A stretch of 64,000 nt of DNA from Phoronis australis (lineage: Eukaryota > Animalia > Phoronida): NCBI GenBank assembly GCA_002633005.1, contig NMRA01000008.1, positions 1,933,456-1,997,455 of the forward strand, read 5' to 3'. The notes under the pieces are model-generated. The model made no database searches and was not told the origin of the DNA. It worked only from the letters and a program-made list of their open reading frames with translations. How positions within the stretch are numbered: the first letter of the stretch is position 1; every line of letters begins with the position of its first letter. Positions 1 through 53,100 of the stretch are shown here, piece by piece. Position numbers and translations under genes: made by a program.

Positions 1-137
1 GACAAAAGTTTGAATTAAGCACTATATAATTCTGGTAAGAAGTGTGTCTACATTTGCCAGAGTCTGACCAGTTCTGTTAAAGTCGTCTACACTATTTTGA
101 AAATTACTGGTCTTAACAAAACAACACGCAACCGTAC

Positions 138-41811
<41,674 letters not shown>

Positions 41812-42130
41812 GCTTTACAAATGGCGGGCGGAAATGCGCACAGCTCTCGGGATCTAGTTCTAAATGCGACCGTTAGGGAAATCGAGACTGTACGCCACTG
41901 CTCCAACTGCCCGGGGGGTCAAGAGCACTCAACACGATGTACATACTTTGGAACTTCATCGGTCTCGGCGCAAGGCGCGGATAACCGAGAGAAACAATTT
42001 ACTGAGAGACTGAGAACACACATATATTCTGTGACAATTCTATTGATGGTATCTATGATGGCTAAATTATTCTCCCGGCGCCTGATTTTCCGGCTGACAA
42101 ATGACGAGTCAGTGACGATACCTCCCATTT
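41812..42130. promoter_or_regulatory. SNRNP200 proximal promoter/5'UTR
   Basis: CpG-rich; AAATGGCGG (YY1-like) and CGGAA (ETS-like) immediately upstream of the ATG. Confidence 0.45.
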
Positions 42131-44124
42131 TTTACTTTTCTTCTCTTGATAATCACCAAAAATGTTAGATTTTCGAAAAGAATTTTGCTTGTGTGCGGAG
42201 CAGATCTGCTTCCTGAAAACTTTGACAAGTCCGTTTGTAGGCTACATTCACTTTGACGACACTCCCATGAAAATTTCATAGTAAAAATATTCAAAATTCC
42301 ATGAAAAAATATAATATCAACTTAAGAGGCTGGTGCTGCGTTTTTTTGTCTTTTTACTGCAATTAGTCTTAATTTGTTCCTTAGGTCTACCTTGATTAAT
42401 GAATGTTATTCTGCATGTGGAGAATTTCTCGTTTACACTCTGGCCCGCCAGATTCCCCGGGCTCAGTCAGCAATTTTTCATCAGTTCGCCCTTTGTATTG
42501 ATGTAGATCTGAGCTAATGAATTGGAAAGGTAATATCTAGCATTGTCTCAACAACGATGGTTGTTATTACACCCAAATAGGGTTTCTCTGGGATTTGCAA
42601 AGAGATATAGCCTGCAACTGTAGAGAGTAGTTTTAACTTGGTACATTTTAAATATTACAAATTGACTAAAAAGTTAAGTTGGTGTGTTTACTTTGACCGA
42701 GGACCACTTCCCAATGGGAACGATATGCATGGGTTCGGTGTTTATTGATGACAGAGCCACCAGGTACGTCTGCACAGATTCTACCTACAACTGTGTGCTG
42801 GTGCTGAAACCCATGTGATCACTGAGTTCCATTGAAGCACTACTACAGTTTCTTTGTTAGACCCATCTCTACGCAGTGGGGTGCCTTGGATACTTTAAAA
42901 CAGACGGGTTTCACTGAACCCGCTCCTTGTAAACAAAAGCTACATGGAGCGTTGAAATGCACCGACGATTGCAAAGCAATTCCAGTAGTGTTTTTAATAA
43001 CGTAAAATGGCCATTAAACGGCACAGAATACATATTGAACCTATTCAAAGCAAAGCGTCGTCTTCTCTCTAAGAACAATGTCCGGCAAATAAATGAAAAT
43101 CCGCAAAGGAACTCTAAAGATATAGACGCAGGCATAACTCACTTTTTTGAGGAAAAAAAATTTCCATTCGGAGGCACAGCAGTGGTCCAATTGATGTCGA
43201 GTTGAAAATAGGACTACACCGTCCACGCCAAATTGTGACCTCGGCGCAAGGGCGGTTAAAAGTAGATATGGTTGAACACAGATGTGACTAAGACGAACGC
43301 GGAGCGTTGAAATTTGCCCACGATAGCACTGCAAAAAGTGTGCTTCAATGAGTATGTTTAGAATTACAAGAATATCCATTACATCATGATGTCACACATG
43401 ATATTGCGTCCAACCCATCCGAATTGAAAAGGTGACCATCTTCAAAACACAACTCATTTGCAGAATTTCATGAAAGTAAGCTAACGAAATCATGAGATCG
43501 GACAGACTTAAAAAAAAAAAATAATATTAGGTGCCACGGCTGTAGCCCGATTTCTCATCTCTTGCCATTGCCGTTTTTCATGAGATTATAATAAAACGGT
43601 TGGCTACAATCTAGTGCTCTTCTCATGCAGAGATACAGAGAGGCAGAGAGGCAGAGAGGCAAACAGTGCCGTGGCGGATTTAGAGGGGGGCCAAGGGGAC
43701 CATGCCCCTCCCCCCCAAAAAAAATTCTCGCAGATTCCATTTGCCAGTTTCAGCCCAGGCTGATGCCAGGGGCAAAACTCCAGCAGGCCGGCCGCGGGGG
43801 CTAATAGCTTACTCTACCCTGGTCCCCAGGCCCTGAGTCTAGCTATTAGCTTTCCATTTCATTAGCTCAGAACTATATCAATACAAAGGGCGAGCTGAAT
43901 ATGCATCATAAAGTTGTCTGGGGCTGAGGGAATCTGGGTGATGACCAGTGATAAGCAAGAAATTCTCCACATGCTCCTGGCGGCGCGCTGCACGCTCAGA
44001 ACTTGCAGTTATTACTGTAGCGCCCTCTACAATAACGTTTTAACGAAATTATATCGCCTTCTTGTTTCATTTTGTTTTTGTTTGTCGAGGATGTGATGTT
44101 TTCCAACAAACCATAAAGGAAGCT

Positions 44125-44165
44125 ATGCCTGCTGTTGAAATAAAGGATTTATTCCACACTAACAG
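44125..44165 (+). CDS. AUP1: AUP1 exon 1
   Basis: MPAVEIKDLFHTNR, donor gtattt, phase matches exon 2. Confidence 0.8.
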
Positions 44166-47100
44166 GTATTTCGTCATTGTTCCTTGAGATATGCAGGGAT
44201 TCTTGTGTGCCGATATTGACTAGAGATCAATTATTATAGGGGAAATGCTTTCAGCCCTGCAACAAAAGTTACTCTCTCTGCATGTTCAATTTTAAGTCAA
44301 CTCAAATCAAGACTCGAGTCAATTTATTTAGTCGGTTTAAGTAAAGCAAGAGAAAACTTTAGCCACAGGCTAGTATACTGACAAATAAATACATAAGTAA
44401 ATAAAATAAACAAATGCGAAGTTAAAACAAATATTTAAAATGCTAGATTAAAATTATTAGCAAGGAGAGATTATGTTCGAATTCAAGAAATCACAGGATC
44501 TCCACTTGCAGGGAGGCCTAGTCCATGTGTTTGCGTATTGATTATTGTACAAATGTCTTTAAATGCAGGCTCGGTTTCGCCTCCTCTGATAAAGAGTTCC
44601 ATAAATTAGAGCCATAGGCTCTGAAAGATCACAGACCTTAACGAGTGGTTATGCGCCAGGGAATGTTTGTCCTGTTGGATTGAATGAGCTCAAATTATAT
44701 GGGGTCCTGTGAATTGTGAGAAGGTCCCACAGAAATGGGGGTGACAATTGGTTTAAAATTTTGAAAGCTTCTTTTGGAATCATTATCTGTTTACAAAGAT
44801 CAAGAGTAGGCAGATTAGCTCTCTGTAATAGTGTTTCTTATGAGCTAGAAAAATCATCAAGTACAAATCGCAGGGCCCTATATTGAACTCGTTCAATCCT
44901 ATTTTTATTGACTTGGCCACAAAAATGCCAGATTAAAGCACAGTAAAGAAACTGGGATAAAATAAAATATCGAAAATCATCATCTGGATACTAAAGTCTA
45001 GCCAGACGCTGTAAAACGTTGAGCTGAGCTCCTGCCTTTTGGCATAAAACATGGTTGTCAAAACTCTGGTCCCTCCAATTAATTTAACGTCCACCTCACT
45101 GTTGATTTTGGCTTCAGGGATATTCCTGACCAGATTTGAACCTGTGCCTGTGCCAGGGCACACCTGATGATTAAAAATGTGCCTTTTTCAAAAAGTTGTG
45201 CCCAGCAAACTTACTGTAATTAAAGTGGTAACATATGAAACAGAAACCCCCAAGGGCAATAGATATAAGAACAGAGTCATGTTTTAACCACCTGGCTGTA
45301 AGTTGACTACTAGTAGAATCTTGCATTTTTGAAGGAGTGTTGCATTTTAAAAGGTGTGCCCGGGCTGCGCACTGCTGCAATGTGCTTCTGCCTTTTTATT
45401 TTTATATGCTAATGAAGCAAAGGCGCAGTCCATGAATATCCTTGCATGTTGCAGTAACTTGCACTTGACTCCTAACTACTTGAGTTGTCCGACTCCTTCA
45501 CTCAGTCAATCCTGTTGTGTCGTGAATGTGCACGCTTTTTGTGACTTGTCTTATCATGACTGATGCCGACTTCTGCTCAAAAAACCTGGGGCATCCAAAC
45601 CATTCAGCTGCTTTTTGGCAATTAGCCTAATCAATTTATTTTACACCCGGAGCCAGAAATTTGCAACAATTCTTGCTTTTTGAAGCTTTATTGTCCCGTG
45701 TCCCACTGGAGCACCAGAATGTCCTACTTTTTGACACGCTGAAAGAAATTTGATTATTTGTGTGTATTTTTGTGCTTTACCACACAATTTACCTAATCAT
45801 TTTCTATTCCAGAATAAAATGTTAATATATTCAGTGAACCTTCGGGCAGAAAGTCTTTGGCAGATTGATTAAGGGACTGAACTCTTGAGCTGGGGGTCAC
45901 TGGTTCGATTACGATTTGGACCAAAACTTTGATTTTACCACACTGTTTTGTCTGAGTTGGACTTCCACTTTATTCACCTTAATTATTCTTATACGATTGA
46001 AAGTGACTTATCGGTTCCTCAATTGATTTTTTGTTTTCTCAATTTAAACTATAACTTTATAAATAACCATTTGCTTAGCTGCTATTGTGTTGAAAGTAGA
46101 TTTCAACGTAAGATTCAATGTTCCAGTTGGTGGATACGGTGCTCAATCGTCACACTTCTAAGTGTTATCTTTGCTACATTCAGGTTTCCAAGAGGACTTT
46201 CGCTGCTGCCTGTGCTGCTGTATTTTCCTCTTGGTCTGTGCCTCACTGTTCTCAGATTTTTCATTGGTGCTCATATGTTTCTCATCTCGTGCGTTCTACC
46301 CAAGACATGGATGGTCAGGCGGTAAGCTTTTAACCTGTATTTTAACTTCTATATATTTGGGACCTGAGGCATATAGAATGCATCATGATACCGAGTCTCA
46401 AAGAAATTACCGATTTAATTTTGATTTTCCCCACCCATAAACGTCACGCATTCGTTTCTGAATTTTGATTATTTTTTATTTTTGAAGTTCCATGCCTAGA
46501 AAAATAAGTTTTTTTTACTTTAATACATTTATTACAAAAGACAGGTATAAAATAATACAAACATATACAACACAACACAACAACGTACAGAACTGTACAG
46601 AAAAGCGAGAAAGCATTTCATAGTTACTTCCAAGTTAAAAATAAGGAAAATAAGTTGATATTTTGGTGCTTTCAGCTTTGTTCTCCGTGTGATGTGTATT
46701 GTAATGGGTATTATCGTTACTCAAGATGGAGTTGCCTCCTCGTCTGTGAAATGTATGGTAGCCAACAACATCTGCATCTTGGATCATTTGGCTGTTGAGT
46801 TGATTGTACCACACATTATGGTAAGAATGTTTCAGTACCTTATTTGGTCAATCCGGTGTAACAGCCTAAACTGCAATTTTCACTCATAGTGCTGTGCAGT
46901 TGGAGAACATTTCTGGCCTCATTTCTGTGCCTTTTCTTTTCACATATTGCTGTGTTGCTACTCTACACTGTTATAAATATGTAAATCTTCAACCGGCATG
47001 GAAATATGGATCACAAAATTTTTAAGTCTGGTCTATATGCCACCTGCTGGTCACATCGCGTTGCCTAATAAACATAAGTGCAAAAAGATTTCTGCCCCCA

Positions 47101-50100
47101 ACTGGGACACGAACCCAGTACCTTCTGCTAATTTTTCAAGAATGCAGACAAGGTGTTTGCATTAGAAAGCAGTGGCTGGTTGCCTGAAATGCTGCTGTCT
47201 CAAACAGGTACTCCTTTATGTTCCTAAAGTCTTCTGCGCATTTGTATCACTTTGCTTTTACTACTGACATTTTCTAAACAAAGTATCTTAAAACACTTTT
47301 TCAATGTCAGAGAATAAATGGAGCTTAGGCTTTAAATAAGGGGCATCCCATGAGAAGGTTCCGGCTGTTTAATTTCAATAATATTAAAAAATTCTATGTA
47401 CTCTGGGTCCCCACAGGAAATTAGGTCGCAAACTTGTCGCATAGATATCGCTTATTAAGGCGAGTATTCACAAAGGTTTCAATGAGTCATTTTACGGATA
47501 ATTTATGCATTTGCCATACTTATTGACATAATATTAACTTCAAAACGTTAATATTCTAGCCAATCACATGCGATCACCATAAGCGAATAGAGAGTCTAGT
47601 AACTGTAAGTTTCGCCACTAGAACTTGGCTTTAACGTAACGAGAAAGATCTACAGGTGAATTTGGGGGCATTCGATAAGGAAGGAGATCAGAGCTTTGAT
47701 GAACATATGTATGAACGTTTCTTGGCTGGAGGATCTGTCGTCTGATCAGATGGCATGTTTACTCTGTATAAATGCTGTGGTCATTGTTTCAGCCCAGTGT
47801 GTATGACCTTCCTTCGACAATGAATTGGCTCCTTGGATACGTGGAGATGGGGGTGAAACAGGGGAGACAATGCCTCATAGACCAAGCGTCACAACACTGT
47901 CAAGGTATGTAGCTGTGGGCGAAATGTTGTCTCTCAGTAGTTTGTGGCTTCGGCAACATTTTGGTTTGCAATGTGTGGAATATCTGTCATCGAAGCCCTC
48001 TTTTGACTGGGAATGTGGGTGTTTGTTCTTTGTTTACATTATTTGGTTTCATTCTGCGTTGGGTAATGGGCCATCCACAATCCATTAGAATGTGATGTAT
48101 TCGTCAGTACCGTAAGCAGAGATATTCCTGGACTGCGCCTTTGCGCCATTAGCGCTTAAAAATTAAAGACACAAGTTCATTGCAGCAGTGCGCCCCCCCC
48201 TCCGCTACATCTTTTAAAAAGCAACACTCCTTCAAAATTGCAAGATTCTAGTCAACTTACAGCCAGCCAGGCTAAACATGACTGTTCTTATATCAACTGC
48301 CCTTGGGTGTTTCTGTTTCATGTGTTACCACTTTAATTACACTTTTTATCATCAGGTGTGACCCAAGGGCACTACTTCAAACCTGGTCAGGAATATCCTT
48401 GCATAAGCATGAGGCCAGTGATTTATTTTTTGGCCTTAAAGTGGAATTTGCAGAGTAATTGCCTGTATAAATCTCTGGTTATTTGGCCAAACAAATTAAA
48501 AAAGCTACATATTAGGACAGAATATGAAATGAAATTTAAAAGTGTGTTGTTAAATGTTTCAAAGACCGAATTTTGTGGGGAAAACCACTGAGCTGTGTCT
48601 AGTAAGTAGCGTGACCTGCTGCTCAGAAATAACATAGTATGACGCTATCTATCTGTGCATGCGAGGAACGTCATTAGTGCCAAGGTCATCCTTTTGCATT
48701 TTTTTTTATATAATTATACAAATTATCTGTGGAATAAGAAATCAATACAATTTTACTGCAGCTTGGTTAGTGTAGGAGATGTAAAATAACAATTATTGTT
48801 ACTGTTATGTTTTTCGTTTCTGCTATAGTTTTGGGCATGCAGAACTCGTTTAAACAAACTTCTGCTGAAAGTTTTTTTTTCTTTTCAAGTACTAGGATTT
48901 CAAATTTTTTTTGGTATTTTGCATTTTTATAAACAGTACCTTTGGTTTTTTAGTCAACACCCATGTGTGGCTTTGTAATTATGATATCATCCAGACTGTT
49001 GATGTCGTACACTTTCAGTTTCATCGTTTGAGAAGATATTTTCCGCATTTAGTGACCTCTGTGTTCAGCGTTGTAAGTGCCACACACCAATGCAAGCGAT
49101 GTCTATATGCTCACATAACACTATGACACCATGCTGTCTTAAATGTGACTGTAGATTATTCATTCCTCGTGTATTTGTATCTCACCATGCAGAATCATCA
49201 ATACCTATATTTGCTCATCCGGAAGGCGCCTCCACCAGTGGAAAGAAAGGTCTTCTTAAATTCAGGTATATTATATTTGGTGTAACGGACCTCTTTAGTG
49301 CAGATTTCTACAGCTTTTCATGAAGGTCTGTGTGTATCTATGTATGACAATTATCCACTTAATTAGCACAAAAATGTCAAACTTGACATTGTCCTAGGTT
49401 GATAACTGTGCTTCAAACAATGGGAACCTTACCAAATGTTTTTATTTCACATCTACACAGTACAAACTATGCTTATAATAGACTGAAAAATTTTTAATCT
49501 TTATTTTTATGGAGAGCTTTGACAAAATGAAATTGCACTCTGTGGCCAAACTGTGTGCTAAATCTGTGAAGAATTTGGGTACTGTTAGATTATCAATGTA
49601 ATCCTATTAGTAGTAAGTCAGACTAAAATTTTTTTCACTCTTTTTGTTTTTTCCAAATATATGTCACCGCTGTTGTGACCAACATGACACGATCTTGTTA
49701 TATATTTCGGGTGAAAAATTGAGCCTACTTTCCAAAGTGCAGGGTTTTTGTGAAAATGTGCTCGAGTGAACTTTTTGGTAATAATTTTTTGATTGGTCGT
49801 CGAATGGCGCAATTGTTTTCAACTCTCTAATCAAATTCTGTCCTAGGGTTCAGACACTGAACTTAGACTAAATGCGGAGATGCTCTGAATTTCCAAGAGT
49901 ATCTATTGATCTCAGAAATCCTGTTTGAGGCATTGTGCCTGAACTTGTTGATGTACTTTTAATGCTGTAAATGTCTTATCTTGCAGTACATGGCCATTTT
50001 CACTTGGTGTTCCTGTTCTGCCGGTAAGATCTCTCATTTTTATTCCAAAATGGTTTTCCTAGCGTATAGTTGATTATTTTCACACTGTACACTGTATTGA

Positions 50101-53100
50101 TGCATGTAATGAAATTGATATTTATTATTATTATACCATTGAAAGTATAATTTTTTGTACTGCAGCAGTCAGCCCTAACACTAAGTTCTGTCAGATTCAG
50201 TTATTCTGAAAGAAATAACCAGCAGAACATTTTTAACAATTGAGACTGTTGTATTGGTTTCTTTTGAGGGAAATGTAACTGTGGTTGTGATTGGTCAGTT
50301 TTACTGATGCAAGCTTGGCTGTTGTTGGTTTAATAGATATAAACAAGTTTTCTATAGGTTTATACTGTCTTGTTAACAACTTGTCAGCAATTGGTGCTGA
50401 GGTTTGTCATTTAACCACAGCAGGTGGATTACTCGGCAGGTGCGTTGAGGTTATATGTCCAGTCTTCTGTAAATGTTAGTTGTAATATTTTCACGACATT
50501 GCAAACTGACCCATTCCCTTTACTGAGGAAACACACCATTTGCTGGGAGCATTGTTCCTTGGTTGGTCTGTGCTACATACTGTTATGATTCCTTAATTTA
50601 AAACATCCCATTCTTCAATTTGGCACCCCAAAACTTATATTTCGCATTTTTACGTGGATGCATATTGCTGTCACCTCTGTCTGGGCATCTGGGTGTTTGG
50701 ACGAATGGTCATCTGGCGTCCACTGCTGTATCTCCAAAACCCCTTGTAGGATGTTATTGAAATTTGGCAGGTGTGTTCTTATGGGGCTGACAACAGATTA
50801 CAACAAGTTTCGGACCGACTCGATTACTACTGTGACCCCTAGTGGCAATTTTATTTTTTCACGTTTAACTCTGTATCTTCAAAAGTCCTCAATGGATTTT
50901 CATGAAATTTGGCTCTGAGGTATCTATTAATGAGATGACACTATCCTCCCGTTTTCAGATGGATTCGAGGTATTTTGCACCATCTAGTGGCTGTTTTTAC
51001 TGTTTTCATCAACCCTTTTATCAACCAAACTACTCTAAGGATGGTTGTGAAAACTGGCATATATGTGAAGAGGACTGTTGACAATGATTTTGCAAAGACT
51101 CCGACTTGTGTGGCACCTCTTAGTGGCAGTTTTGTTTTTTGTTGCGCCTATAGCTGTATCTTCTAAAACCACTGAAGGATCTTTATTAAATTTAGCAAGT
51201 TAGTGTTTTTATATGAAGTTGTCAATGGAAGACGACAACTTTCAGACAGATCCGACAAACCCTGTGCCCGCTAGTGGCAATTTTATTTTTTTCCTTTTTC
51301 CTCTGTTTCTCTGAAGTTCCTTGACGGATTTTTACGAAATTTGGTAAATAACTTTCTGTTAAAGAAACTGACATTTCCCCGTTTTCGGATGGACTTGACT
51401 TATTTTGCGCCATGTAGTTATTGAAAAGATGTTTTTTACTTATGAATTAATTTTGTCTCCATTTACTTGTGAATATATTGACCAAAATAAAGTTCTCATT
51501 TGTATCTAAATCATGAATCACACAATCTCACATCTTAAGGACGAGAAGTAGTTTTTCTAAGTCCAAAACTCAGAAATTTGCCTTGACATCATCTGACACT
51601 TGTTACCCAAATATCTTTGCTTTCAGATTTTGGTACATGTAACGCGACCTTCCTTAATCAATATCAAACCAGTAAGTACAGTTACTTGAAATTCATGTAC
51701 TATGTCACAAGTATTGTGCATAGTGGAGCTCTGTTGTGGCATGTTTAGGTCGAAATTTTGCTTTGTTTGTGTCTTAGTGTATAGTTACGAGTATGTTGCT
51801 ACTTACTGAAAACATATTTGAAACTTTACATCTAGACAAAGTGTTTCTATATAGATTTTGACAATCTTTAAAATCAGTTTGTCTACAATATACTGACTTT
51901 TTTAACATGGTGAGTTGGAGATTGTAATATTGTATGATTACATTTGGAGCAATGTTTTTTACAGATAGCTTGATGAGTGAGCATAAATTTGTGTGATATG
52001 AGTTATTCCAGATTCAGCAAAATGTCACTCAGGCTATCGTCTGCTCAGTTAACTGGCAATTGATTTTGGATAGATGCTACACATTTACATTTATATATCT
52101 ATGATGAACTGAGGCACACATATATCTATGATAAACTGAGACACACACATATGTGTCTATGAGAAATTGAGACACACATATGTCTATGATAAACTGAAAC
52201 ACACACATATCTATGATAAACTGAGACACGTATATCTATGAGAAACTGAGACACATGTATATCTATGATGAATTGAAACACACACGTCTTTGATAAACTG
52301 AACCACACATATATCTGTGATAAACTGAGACACACGTATATCTATGATAAGCTGAGCTTCTTTCTGCTCAAAATACTACTAAAGAGAACTTCATGAACTG
52401 GCGGAGCTGCTTTGGATGACCGAGATCCTGCAGTCCCTTGTGTTTATGACATCTTGTACTATGCATGAAAAGGTCAGTGGATTGGTTCGGCAACCATGTT
52501 CATTCATGGTATTATTACTGGGTATACATTATAGCCTTTACCATTTACTATTTCCCTGTAGGGGTTCATATTAATGTTCTTGAGTTACTCTTGACTAGTT
52601 GCATAATGGTGTTGTAATGTTCTTGCTTTTCAGTCAATTCTCGGAGGGCGATGGTGGGTTGATGTATTCTGGTTTATGTTTGTCCCCTTCACGCAGTTTC
52701 ACCTCAAGTAAGTGCTTTTGTGACATGTTGAAATAGCACCGCTTTGCTTTACGAATTGTTTCTCTGCAATAAAATCAGTTCAGTTGTCCCTTGACTGAAT
52801 GCTACAATGCACAAGTTGAGGTTTAAGCGAGTAACACTAATATGGCCTTTTGCGTATAGAGCAGTAACAACTAGGCGATTATTTGTGGGGTGCTGCGAGC
52901 TTCAGATAGGGCACTTTTTAGTTTTTGTAACATTTATCAATCATATGCACAAGTACAACGACATATAACAATAATATAATCGTACATGTTTCACACATGC
53001 ATTCACTCATCACTTTCATTCCGCACGGGTTGCTTACAGCAATATTTTCTTGATGCAAATATTTATAAAAGTATTAAAACACGTGCTCACCAGTCCACAA

